Shown here piece by piece: positions 28,264 to 37,428 of a stretch of 64,000 nt of DNA (position 1 is the stretch's first letter; every line of letters starts with the position of its first letter). The DNA is taken from contig JBGSNK010000077.1 in assembly GCA_041739665.1 (NCBI GenBank), positions 11,204 to 75,203 of the forward strand, given 5' to 3'. The DNA is from Bdellovibrionales bacterium. GTDB lineage: Bacteria; Bdellovibrionota; Bdellovibrionia; Bdellovibrionales; JAGQZY01. A model generated the notes under the pieces. That model saw only the letters and a program-made list of their open reading frames with translations. It was not told the origin of the DNA and did no database searches. The position numbers and the translations under genes were made by a program.

Positions 28264-28456
28264 AAACTTGGTTTTAGTCCAGCCCTTGGCAATTAGCCAG
28301 CCTCGCCTCGAAAATGCTGCATTTAGTTGCCGACGCGTAAAGATACCCCGTCAAGGGACCTAATTTCCCAAAAAAATCCGCAGAAAGCTCAAGGAATGGG
28401 CCTGTTGTCCGATCTATAGAATGTCTCATTTGAATACAGTTGAAGGAGTCGAGGCC

Positions 28457-28657
28457 ATGAATCCACAAAAACGTGCACAAAAATCCCTTTCCAGCCAACA
28501 GGAAGACTATATTGAGGTGGAGCACCATTGTTGCCTGTGTGGGACCGAATTAGAGTTTTATCATCAATTCGACGACTTGACCCTAACTGTGAAAGAAAAG
28601 GCTCAGTGTCCCCGTTGCAATGTGCAACTCAAAGAAAAAGATCATACACTTCACTAA
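28457..28657 (+). CDS. small zinc-ribbon protein (66 aa)
   Basis: ATG with AAGGAG 8 nt upstream. Two CxxC pairs (CCLCG...CPRC). Confidence 0.5.
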   Translation: MNPQKRAQKSLSSQQEDYIEVEHHCCLCGTELEFYHQFDDLTLTVKEKAQCPRCNVQLKEKDHTLH

Positions 28658-29914
28658 TTAAAAATCAGCAATTAATCTTAAGTCCACAGTCATCAAGACA
28701 AGGCTCAGATCCGACGTAAAGGACTGAGCACCTGCTGAGTAACTTGTCTCCATCGACAAATAATGGAGCTGACCATAAACACCGAGAGCCAAACCTTGAG
28801 TCAATGGACGACGAACCCCACCCCCTAACTCAAAGAAAAGAGGAAACGTCGACTCGATATCAAAGTTGTCACCCGCGATCACCGGATAGAGGTAACGAGC
28901 GTAGGCTTCCATGTCCCAAACTTGATTCCATTTTTTCTCATAATGAAGACCAATTTGGAGATTGTAGGTACTTGAAGCAAAGTAGGCCGACTGAATTAAA
29001 AATACACCTTCCTGGCGCAAGCGAAAATAAGGCAAGGTTTGCAACTGAAGACCAAAATCAAATGCCAACCGACCGTATTTTGATTGCAGTCTGTCTGAAA
29101 AGTAAAGAGCCGCGAGTTGCCCTTCAAACCAATTGAAATCACGCCCTTGTGTGTTGCTGTCTCCAATATTGTCGGTGGATCCTGAAGTGCTTCTTATTGC
29201 AACCTTAAATCGTAATTTTTGCGAGTAATCCCATTCACCACCAAATCGAAATGTGGGAATAACGAGAGAGCCATCAGATGTCGCACCCACTGGCAAAGGC
29301 ACATCAATGGAGTTGTGAAAATAGGAAAACCCTAAACCACCCCAAACTTCAATAGCACTTTTATCATAACCTTTTTTTCCACCGCGATCTTGGATCAATA
29401 AACCTTGATCCTGTTTGCGAGTGTAAAAGTCATAATCCATGGTCGCTTTATCCATGCGTTCATCCTGAGCCTTGAAGCTCTCTTCGATGGCTTGAAAATC
29501 GTCGGCTTTCCCAGAATCGGGAACCTTAAAGTTTAGAGTGTGTGAACGCCAAGCTCCCCGCCTCTCTTTGATTTCTAAAGGAATTTCCACAGCGAAAGTT
29601 GGCAAATAAAGATCAAAGGAAAATCGGCCACTTTTGTTGGCCACAACAGGAAATTGCACCCGATTTTTTTGGGGAATCTGAGCCAACCTCGCGCGTCCAT
29701 CAAAAGGATAAATCATAAGACGATTTTTACGAATACGAATCAAAGCCCCTTCTGTTAGAGTTCCTGAAAAACGCACCACACGACGATCCGATCGAGCCAG
29801 TTTCTCGGGAACAACTTCTGGCTCGTCCCAACGGATGCGGGCCCAAGCCGATGTGGCCGAAGTCATAAGACTAAGCAATAGAATAAGACGAAGAGCTAAA
29901 TGCATGGTTGGCAC
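28658..29914 (-). CDS. outer-membrane beta-barrel-like protein
   Basis: 418 aa with signal peptide ...MTSATSAWA, an alternating hydrophobic pattern in the C-terminal half, and a terminal Phe (LIADF). Confidence 0.5.
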   Translation of the reverse strand: MPTMHLALRLILLLSLMTSATSAWARIRWDEPEVVPEKLARSDRRVVRFSGTLTEGALIRIRKNRLMIYPFDGRARLAQIPQKNRVQFPVVANKSGRFSFDLYLPTFAVEIPLEIKERRGAWRSHTLNFKVPDSGKADDFQAIEESFKAQDERMDKATMDYDFYTRKQDQGLLIQDRGGKKGYDKSAIEVWGGLGFSYFHNSIDVPLPVGATSDGSLVIPTFRFGGEWDYSQKLRFKVAIRSTSGSTDNIGDSNTQGRDFNWFEGQLAALYFSDRLQSKYGRLAFDFGLQLQTLPYFRLRQEGVFLIQSAYFASSTYNLQIGLHYEKKWNQVWDMEAYARYLYPVIAGDNFDIESTFPLFFELGGGVRRPLTQGLALGVYGQLHYLSMETSYSAGAQSFTSDLSLVLMTVDLRLIADF

Positions 29915-29984
29915 CCCTTAAGAAGCACAGGTTGTTTCACACTTGATTGTGGCGAAAAGGTCAGCAAGGTTCAACTCTTGCAAA

Positions 29985-30809
29985 TTATTGCTGTGCGGCT
30001 AAATTCAAGACTTGGCTTGTCTCCAGTTCCTCTTGAAGGTCTTTTGGGAGATCACTGTAAAAATCAAAGCCCGTAAGTTCTTCGACTTCGCGGACACTCA
30101 ACCTGAGTTGAGTGATGGGCGTGCCCTTGTAGGATCTGTTCTCAACCCAATAAGCTTCCATAAAACCCGCTTCTGGGAAATAGGCTAATTTGTAATAAAA
30201 TTCAGGAACACTCACTCCCGACGGAATGCGAGGAAGACCTGCTTGTAAAACAGGCGCTGTCACTATGTGGGCCGTACCAAATTTTTGCACCAACTTACGA
30301 ATATGATTCTCAATTTTAGCCCAAGTGTTTTGATTGAGCTGGGGGTGTTGGGGCGACATATTTGTCATATAAAAAGTTTGGCTCATGCTTTGATGATTGA
30401 GTTTCATATCACCAGCTGGAACCATATGACCGCGATCAAAACCCGAACCTCGATAGCCTTTTTCATCGACCGGGTCTTCAACATTAAAATCGGCACGGTA
30501 ATCATTGGTCCGCTTTTGCTTTCCACTTAATAATTCACGATTGAGAGTGTGCTTGGTCCAAACTGCCTGGCGATGTTCTGGCGAGTAGCACAAGGTGTAG
30601 TGAATATAATCGAGCTGCTGCTGACAAGGCCCTTTAGGTAAATGGGACACATTGGCGCTTGCCGAAAAGACAATAAAAGAAAAGCTCAGCACTATTAAAA
30701 ACTTGGGAAGAGTCAAAGAACTCCCTCGCTTGGTTTTAACTCTTTTCAAGCTTAACCCAGCGAAGCAGGGAGGCTGGCTCCTGAACTCTAAAATTAGACC
30801 ATGGTCCAA
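29985..30809 (-). CDS. secreted DNA/RNA non-specific endonuclease (NucA/EndoG family)
   Basis: The DRGHMVPAGD (DRGH) active-site motif and NMSPQ are present. A signal-like LPKFLIVLSFSFIVFSASA lies internal to the ORF, so the true start is probably downstream (TTG near 30749). Confidence 0.8.
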   Translation of the reverse strand: MDHGLILEFRSQPPCFAGLSLKRVKTKRGSSLTLPKFLIVLSFSFIVFSASANVSHLPKGPCQQQLDYIHYTLCYSPEHRQAVWTKHTLNRELLSGKQKRTNDYRADFNVEDPVDEKGYRGSGFDRGHMVPAGDMKLNHQSMSQTFYMTNMSPQHPQLNQNTWAKIENHIRKLVQKFGTAHIVTAPVLQAGLPRIPSGVSVPEFYYKLAYFPEAGFMEAYWVENRSYKGTPITQLRLSVREVEELTGFDFYSDLPKDLQEELETSQVLNLAAQQ

Positions 30810-30889
30810 GTAATCTTAACCAAGCATAAACAATGAATAAACGGGTCATTGACTTAAAAAAGGAGCAAAAATTTTTGCTAGTATAGTTG

Positions 30890-32752
30890 CTAGGTATTGA
30901 GAGTGTTAAGAATTCGCTCTGCAACAGCTTGAGTAAGTCCAGGCAGTTCACAAAGCTCTTCTAAAGAGGTTTTTCGAATCTGATCGACAGAGTCAAACTG
31001 GGTGAGAAGTCTTTTGATCAACGTTGGACCAAGACCTGGAATGCTATCCAGAGCACTGGCAAAACTTTCTTTGCCACGCAACTGGCGGTGAAAGCTAATG
31101 GCAAAGCGATGGGCTTCATCACGTAAGCCGACTAAAATTTTAAAGGCCTCTGAACCTTCTGCAAAAGTCACTGGATTTTGCCGACCTGGCAAATAAAAAC
31201 GCTCGCTACTTTTTTCAATATGTTCGCCCTGAAAGTTTCTTTTAGTTCTTTCTTTAGCAAGTCCTACAATGGGCAAATGTTTTTTACCAGCCGCTTCAAG
31301 GGCCTTCACAGCAGCATTCAACTGCCCCTTGCCGCCATCGATAACTATTAAGTCAGGCTCCGGCCACTCTTCGTGCGCGAGTCGACGTGATAAAACCTCG
31401 TGAAGCGCGGCATAGTCATCCCCATTGGTTTTACTTTTAATTTTGTAGCGACGGTAGTGATCCTTGCTCAAAACACCATTTTCGTTGACCACTTGCGAAC
31501 CAACACTATGTCCACCTTGAAAATGTGAGATATCGTAACACTCTATCCTTTGCGGCGGCTCCTTGAGTTTCAATTTTCGCGCGATCATATCGAGCCCACC
31601 TTGCAACTTCAGCGTTTTTGAAACCTGATTTTCAAATTGGCTCTGGGCGTTTTTATTAGCCATCTCGATGAGTTTTTGTCCCTGCACATGGGTTGGAAAA
31701 AGAATATTCACATTGGGGTATCCTCGGAAGCGAAACACCTCTTCTAGAAGTTTGATGATCTCACGACCTAGATCGACGGGTAAGAATATCTCATCTGGAA
31801 CTACGTTGTCCTCATAGTATTGGTTGATGAAAGATGTCAGCCACTCGCGCGCATCCTCGCCTTCACTATTGGGATTGATTTCACTAAAAAATTGTTGCCT
31901 TTTGCCAATCACTCGCCCCTGACGAATATGTAGAGTTTGGATAAGAGTTCCACGTTCATCGCCAAAAAAACCAATGGCATCTTGATTGTTGGTAGATTGA
32001 CTGTTGACCACAGCTTGTTTCTCTAACACACGCTCTATAGCCTGAATGTTATCGCGAAACTTAGCCGCCAACTCAAAGTTCTCGTTTTCAGCCAATTGAA
32101 TCATCTGTGCTTTCAATTTTCCAATAATAGAACTTGTTTCTTGTTCTAAAAAAAGCTTCGCTTTGCGGACGTCTTTGCCATAGCCTTTTTCATCAATCAA
32201 ACCGACACAAGGAGCAGTGCAATTCCCAATTTGATGAGTCATGCACGGACGCTTGCGAGACCGCATAAAATGATCGGCGCAATCGCGCAGCTTAAAAGAT
32301 TGATTTAAAAAACGTATGGTGTGCTTGACCACGTAGCCACTTGTGTAGGGACCAAAATACTGAGAGCCGTCGTTGATAACTTTACGAGCTAAATAAAGAC
32401 GCGGAAAAGTATCGTTAAAACTAAAGCGAATGTAGGGATAGGCTTTATCGTCTTTTAAGCGGATATTGTAGCGCGGACGGTGCTTTTTAATCAACGAGGC
32501 TTCGAGTAAAAAAGCCTCGGCCTCGGTTTCGGTTAAGATATAGTCTATGGATTCAATGTTACGAACCAAAAGTTGAGTTTTGCCATGCTCTATGTTGGGA
32601 TTGAAGTAACTGCGCACCCGATTGCGTAAGCGCTTGGCTTTCCCCACGTATATAATTTTACTTGCTGTATTTTTCATCAAGTAAACGCCAGGCGACTGAG
32701 GAAAGTCGGCCACTTTTGCAATTATATTCTCAAGCTGTTGCGCACGATTCAT
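30890..32752 (-). CDS. uvrC: excinuclease ABC subunit C
   Basis: 620 aa with an N-terminal GIY-YIG domain (GVYLM...IIYVGKA), a UvrBC domain and a C-terminal (HhH)2. Confidence 0.95.
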   Translation of the reverse strand: MNRAQQLENIIAKVADFPQSPGVYLMKNTASKIIYVGKAKRLRNRVRSYFNPNIEHGKTQLLVRNIESIDYILTETEAEAFLLEASLIKKHRPRYNIRLKDDKAYPYIRFSFNDTFPRLYLARKVINDGSQYFGPYTSGYVVKHTIRFLNQSFKLRDCADHFMRSRKRPCMTHQIGNCTAPCVGLIDEKGYGKDVRKAKLFLEQETSSIIGKLKAQMIQLAENENFELAAKFRDNIQAIERVLEKQAVVNSQSTNNQDAIGFFGDERGTLIQTLHIRQGRVIGKRQQFFSEINPNSEGEDAREWLTSFINQYYEDNVVPDEIFLPVDLGREIIKLLEEVFRFRGYPNVNILFPTHVQGQKLIEMANKNAQSQFENQVSKTLKLQGGLDMIARKLKLKEPPQRIECYDISHFQGGHSVGSQVVNENGVLSKDHYRRYKIKSKTNGDDYAALHEVLSRRLAHEEWPEPDLIVIDGGKGQLNAAVKALEAAGKKHLPIVGLAKERTKRNFQGEHIEKSSERFYLPGRQNPVTFAEGSEAFKILVGLRDEAHRFAISFHRQLRGKESFASALDSIPGLGPTLIKRLLTQFDSVDQIRKTSLEELCELPGLTQAVAERILNTLNT

Positions 32753-32779
32753 TGTATAAGGATCTGTCTCCCAAAAGAT

Positions 32780-34798
32780 TTAAGAACTCAAAGCTCCATC
32801 TAGAATTTGCAATTGCAGTATCTCCAGTCTTTTAATCTTATCACGAAAACGAGCCGCCTCTTCAAATTCTAGGTTCTCTGAAGCTTTCTTCATTTTCTTT
32901 TTCAGTTCTTTAATCTCTTGAGTCAGATGACCTGGCTGTTGCAGGAGCTGCTGAAGATCCTCGTGCTGACTCTTACCGTGGGTCGAGTGGGATTCGTAAA
33001 TTTCAAACAATCCATCCGAGATCCTTTTCTTGATCGTCTGAGGCGTGATATTGTGTTTTTTATTGTGATCGATCTGGATTTGGCGACGACGGGCCGTCTC
33101 GTCCATGGCTTTCTTCATAGAGTCCGTGACACGGTCTCCGTAAAGAATCACTCGTCCCTCAGAGTTACGAGCCGCTCGACCAATGGTTTGTATCAAGGAT
33201 CTTTCAGAGCGCAAAAAACCCTCTTTATCGGCATCGGTGATGGCCACTAAGCTCACCTCGGGGATATCTAAGCCTTCACGTAGCAAGTTGATTCCCACCA
33301 AAACGTCAAATAATCCTAAGCGTAGATCGCGAATGATTTCACTGCGCTCCACCGTCTTGATATCGCTGTGTAAATATTTAACTTTGATTCCCACACTGCT
33401 CAAATAAGAGGTCAAGTCTTCAGAACTTTTTTTAGTGAGCGTGGTGACTAATACTCGTTCCTTGAGGCGAACCCGTTTGCGAATTTCACCTAATAAGTCA
33501 TCGACCTGGGTTGTCGCAGGCCGCACTTCCACAAGCGGGTCTAAAAGCCCGGTAGGACGGATGATTTGTTCCACAATATGTGACTCACTGACCTGGCGCT
33601 CGTACTCTCCGGGAGTGGCCGAAACATAGATCACTTTATCTGTGAGTTTCTCGAACTCCTGAAAGTTGAGGGGACGGTTATCAAGAGCTGAGGGCAGGCG
33701 AAAGCCATGTTCAACAAGCGTCGTCTTGCGCGCGCGGTCACCGCGGTACATGCCTCCAATTTGTGGAACTGTCACATGGGACTCGTCAATAAAAGTCAAA
33801 AAGTCATCGGGAAAATATTCGAGCAAGGTAGGCGGGGCCTCGCCCTCTGCACGTCCGGTGAAGTGTCGTGAGTAGTTTTCGATACCCGAACAAAAACCCA
33901 GCTCTTCGATCATTTCAATATCGTAATAGGTGCGCTGCTCAAGTCTTTTCGCCTCGTCGTAGCGCATATTCTCTGTTAAGAAAGCCAAACGCTCTTGCAA
34001 CTCTTTTTGAATGGCTTTGACGGCCACTTTTTGCCTCTCCTCGGTGTTCACGTGGTGACTTCCTGGATAAATGGCAATTTGGTCCAACTCGTCAAACATT
34101 TCGCCTGTGAGAGGATCAAACCAACAGATTTTCTCAACAAAGTCGCCAAAAAATTCAATGCGTATCACCTTAGAATCTTCGTAGGGCGGAAAAATATCCA
34201 CCACGTCACCTCGCACCCGAAATGTGCCTCGATGAAAATCGTGGTCGCCACGTGTGTATTGAATCCGGACTAATTCATGCAAAAGCTGATCGCGCTTCAT
34301 CTCTTTGTTGCTGACGATTTGCACCAACATTCCCTCATAGGCTTCAGGGCTGCCTAAGCCATAGATACAAGAAACCGAGCTGACGATGATCACGTCACGA
34401 CGGTCTAGAAGGGAATGGGTGGCCGAGTGGCGCATTCGATCGATCTGTTCGTTGATTGCCGAGTCTTTTTCGATATAAGTATCCGTGGATGGAATATAAG
34501 CCTCTGGCTGATAATAATCATAGTAACTAACAAAGTACTCCACCGCATTGTTGGGAAACAGATCTTTAAATTCCACAAAAAGTTGAGCAGCTAAGGTTTT
34601 GTTGGGCGCCAGAATTAAAGCTGGTCGATCCAACTCGGAGATGACGTGGGCCATGGTGAATGTTTTTCCACTCCCGGTCACACCCAGCAGTGTCTGCTGT
34701 TTTTTACCTTGCCGAAAATTACGAACCAAAGTTTCTATAGCTTGGGGTTGGTCTCCGGCAGGCTGAAATGAGCTGGTGAGTTGAAAGGGTTTTTTCAT
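32780..34798 (-). CDS. uvrB: excinuclease ABC subunit B
   Basis: 672 aa with [10 protein letters not shown] Walker A, the DESH box, helicase motifs and a C-terminal UVR domain (FEEAARFRD). Confidence 0.95.
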   Translation of the reverse strand: MKKPFQLTSSFQPAGDQPQAIETLVRNFRQGKKQQTLLGVTGSGKTFTMAHVISELDRPALILAPNKTLAAQLFVEFKDLFPNNAVEYFVSYYDYYQPEAYIPSTDTYIEKDSAINEQIDRMRHSATHSLLDRRDVIIVSSVSCIYGLGSPEAYEGMLVQIVSNKEMKRDQLLHELVRIQYTRGDHDFHRGTFRVRGDVVDIFPPYEDSKVIRIEFFGDFVEKICWFDPLTGEMFDELDQIAIYPGSHHVNTEERQKVAVKAIQKELQERLAFLTENMRYDEAKRLEQRTYYDIEMIEELGFCSGIENYSRHFTGRAEGEAPPTLLEYFPDDFLTFIDESHVTVPQIGGMYRGDRARKTTLVEHGFRLPSALDNRPLNFQEFEKLTDKVIYVSATPGEYERQVSESHIVEQIIRPTGLLDPLVEVRPATTQVDDLLGEIRKRVRLKERVLVTTLTKKSSEDLTSYLSSVGIKVKYLHSDIKTVERSEIIRDLRLGLFDVLVGINLLREGLDIPEVSLVAITDADKEGFLRSERSLIQTIGRAARNSEGRVILYGDRVTDSMKKAMDETARRRQIQIDHNKKHNITPQTIKKRISDGLFEIYESHSTHGKSQHEDLQQLLQQPGHLTQEIKELKKKMKKASENLEFEEAARFRDKIKRLEILQLQILDGALSS

Positions 34799-36255
34799 TA
34801 GGTATGACTCAAGACCTTTTCAACTCGGGCTAATAAAGATTTTAAACTGAGCAGTGGAATTAAAATTTTTAACTCAGGACCATGGGGTTTGCCGATAATG
34901 GCCACACGGATAGGCATAAAAAGTTGTTTGCCCTTCACAGCGGCTTGATCTTTGACCTCATTAACAGCCTGATCAAAATCTTCTTCCGTTAAAGTTTTGC
35001 CATCGCGTTTTTCTAAAAGTGATTTCCAGACTTCAAAAACTTTACGGCTGGTAGGCCAACTGAGAACTTCTTTGGCCTCATCGCTAATAAAAAAGGACTG
35101 GTCATCTAAGGGAGAGTAAAGATCGATGGCATCATTTAAAGTTTCCATTTTGGGTTTAAAGGCCGTCAAAGAATTATGGATAAAATCATTGTCGTTTGGT
35201 ACTTTGATTTGAGCGGCATTTAAGCGCGGCTCAATAAGGGACCAAAGTTTATCGTAAGGCAAAGCTCGCAAGTGTGTCGCATTCATCCACTTGAACTTTT
35301 CTTGATCAAAAACTGCTCCCGCTTTTTGCAAACGTTCGATGCTGAATTTTTCAATAAGCTCTTGGGGAGTGAGGATCTCTTGATCGCCACCAGGAGACCA
35401 TCCCAAAAGCGCCACAAAGTTCAAAAGGGCTTGCGGCAAATAACCCAGTTCATTGTATTGATGACAACTAGTTGCCCCATGACGCTTGCTCAGCTTTTGT
35501 TTGTCCTCGCCCAAAATTAAGGAAAGGTGACCAAATTGTGGTGCTTCAAAACCCAAGGCTTCCAAAATCATCTTTTGCCTAAGAGTGTTACTTAAGTGTT
35601 CTTCGGCTCGAAAAACATGACTAATCTGCATCAGTGCATCGTCGACTGCACAGCAAAAATTGTAAACAGGCATGCCGTTCGAGCGCATTAAAATAAAATC
35701 ACCTACCATATCTTCGGGAAAAGTGACTTCACCACGGACTAAATCATGAATCATGTGATCTTTATTTCCTTCCACTTTGAAGCGAACCGCCGCCGGTTCG
35801 CCCAGAGAAAAGCGCTTTCGAGCTTCTACAAGAGAGGGTAAGTTTTCAGGTCGGGGGATACGGGTGAATTTTTCTCCCGAATTTTTAATCTGTTCGAGCT
35901 CCTCATCGGTGCGGAAGTCGTAGTAAGCTAAGTCTTTTTCAAGAAGTTGATTCACATACTTGTTGTAGATTTCAAGCCTCTGACTTTGTCGATAGGGACC
36001 ATACTCACCCACCGACTCTAATGTTCGTGGATCCACCCCCTCATCCCAGTTCAGTCCCAACCATTGTAAGTCGGCAATTTGCATACGTAGAGACTCTTCG
36101 GTGCTGCGCTCTAAATCTGTGTCTTCAATGCGAAGAATAAACTGGCCACCTTTTTGTTTGGCAAAAAGATAATTATAGAGTGCGGTGCGAGCTCCCCCAA
36201 CATGGAGATATCCGGTGGGACTTGGGGCAAATCGGACTCGAACAGGCTTAGACAT
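34798..36255 (-). CDS. gltX: glutamyl-tRNA synthetase
   Basis: Start moved to [21 protein letters not shown] (GGAG 5 nt upstream). HVGG (HIGH) and KLSKR (KMSKS) motifs are present. Its stop overlaps the uvrB ATG by 1 nt. Confidence 0.9.
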   Translation of the reverse strand: MSKPVRVRFAPSPTGYLHVGGARTALYNYLFAKQKGGQFILRIEDTDLERSTEESLRMQIADLQWLGLNWDEGVDPRTLESVGEYGPYRQSQRLEIYNKYVNQLLEKDLAYYDFRTDEELEQIKNSGEKFTRIPRPENLPSLVEARKRFSLGEPAAVRFKVEGNKDHMIHDLVRGEVTFPEDMVGDFILMRSNGMPVYNFCCAVDDALMQISHVFRAEEHLSNTLRQKMILEALGFEAPQFGHLSLILGEDKQKLSKRHGATSCHQYNELGYLPQALLNFVALLGWSPGGDQEILTPQELIEKFSIERLQKAGAVFDQEKFKWMNATHLRALPYDKLWSLIEPRLNAAQIKVPNDNDFIHNSLTAFKPKMETLNDAIDLYSPLDDQSFFISDEAKEVLSWPTSRKVFEVWKSLLEKRDGKTLTEEDFDQAVNEVKDQAAVKGKQLFMPIRVAIIGKPHGPELKILIPLLSLKSLLARVEKVLSHT

Positions 36256-36341
36256 TTTCTCTCCAGGGAAAAGATCAGTAGAATCTGTCCAAGCTACACC
36301 CAAGGCCGATTGGGGACAAGGCCTGGGGCTTTGGAGCAGCA

Positions 36342-36375
36342 AATAAAAAAAAACCAGATCGAAAAGACCTGGTTT
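36342..36375 (-). terminator. rho-independent terminator after carD
   Basis: On the minus strand: AAACCAG-(11 nt)-CTGGTTT followed by TTTTTTATTT, 33 nt after the carD stop. Confidence 0.55.
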
Positions 36376-36407
36376 GGGTAAATTAATAAAAAAATCTATG
36401 AAAAGGC

Positions 36408-36914
36408 TTAGGCTTCAATTCCAAAGATGGCTTTGACTTCGTCGCTTTCCAATTCTTTCTTGGTGGTAGCTAATGAAAGCTCGGTGATGAGCAGGGTACG
36501 AGCTGTGTCTAGCATCTTACGCTCCCCAAAACTCAACTCCTTATCCACTTTAAGTAAGAACAAATCGCGAAGAACCTCAGCGATTTCATAGACAGATCCT
36601 GTTTTGATTTTTTCCATGTACTCGCGATAACGACGGTTCCAGGTTTGATTGTCAATTTTGACATTTTTTTCCTGGAGGATACCCAAAACCTTAGAGGCCT
36701 CTGTTTTAGAAATGATCGGACGTAATCCCACATTTCTCACATTGTTTCGGGGAACCATAATTTTCATACCAGTTTCAAGGATGCGTATAGAGTAAAAAAC
36801 TTGTGTACACCCCATCATCTCTTTAGTATCGACAGCGACGACTTCACCTACTCCATGACCGGGATAAACCGCATTGTCCCCTACTACAAAAACATCGTCC
36901 TTCTCTTGACCCAT
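36408..36914 (-). CDS. carD: CarD-family RNA polymerase-binding transcription regulator
   Basis: Start at MGQEKDDVF (GGAGG upstream). GDNAVYPGHGVGEV... is the CarD/TRCF RID-like N-domain. 168 aa. Confidence 0.85.
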   Translation of the reverse strand: MGQEKDDVFVVGDNAVYPGHGVGEVVAVDTKEMMGCTQVFYSIRILETGMKIMVPRNNVRNVGLRPIISKTEASKVLGILQEKNVKIDNQTWNRRYREYMEKIKTGSVYEIAEVLRDLFLLKVDKELSFGERKMLDTARTLLITELSLATTKKELESDEVKAIFGIEA

Positions 36915-37132
36915 GGATCCTCCATTTAGCGAATGCGACTTTATAACATTTATGACACACTTCGACAACAACAAAAGTGACAATTCTTGCTCCATTGCAC
37001 CTTTGATTTCTGTAATTATTTCAGCAGTGTAGAAGACTTAATCAACTTCTCACTCCAACTCAAAGCAGCACCCTCGCCGCCCTGGCACAAAATTTAAAAA
37101 GCTCAATCTCAAAACAAATATTTGTGATCACT

Positions 37133-37171
37133 TTTTTAACAAGCCTGTAGGAACTTCAGGCTTGTTAAAAA
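37133..37171. repeat. 15-bp perfect hairpin (T5-led, A5-trailed), not a canonical terminator
   Basis: TTTTTAACAAGCCTG 37133-37147 and CAGGCTTGTTAAAAA 37157-37171 with a 9-nt loop. Neither strand has a U-tract after the stem. Confidence 0.6.
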
Positions 37172-37290
37172 GAGATCGTCATTTAAAACAGTGACTCACT
37201 TGAAATGACATCAAGGCATAGGGGCTTGAGATTTTGCTGCAACAACATCCTTTCTACCGAACACCCAGGATAAGCTTTTTTATTTAAGGT

Positions 37291-37410
37291 AGGTTGTGAA
37301 GCTGTGAGTTCTTGCGAGGCTCCAGGAAGCAGGATGCGTTTTTTGCCCGTAGGGCAAAAATCCTGGCTGGCAGGAGCCTGTCCTTGCAAGAACTCACAGC
37401 TTCACAACCT
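37291..37410. repeat. structured palindromic element, copy 2 (candidate novel ncRNA or repeat family)
   Basis: 37291-37315 is the exact reverse complement of 37386-37410 (25 bp). The interior holds P2 CCAGGA/TCCTGG with the bulge AGCAGGATGCGT, the apex TTTTTGCCC-GTA-GGGCAAAAA, and P3 (CT)GGC-AGGA-GCC(TG). An extra outer inverted repeat lies at 37268-37282 / 37421-37434. Confidence 0.7.
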
Positions 37411-37428
37411 GGCAGCAAACTAAAAAAA

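Noticed and set aside
36256-36342. N-terminal extensions in the ORF track for gltX (to 36342), carD (to 36995), dnaJ (to 54873), dnaK (to 53592), clpS (from 59711), nfeD (to 27874) and the CBS and OMP genes.
   Set aside because: Internal ATGs with good GGAG-type RBSs coincide with the conserved family N-termini. The gltX extension would also run through the carD terminator.
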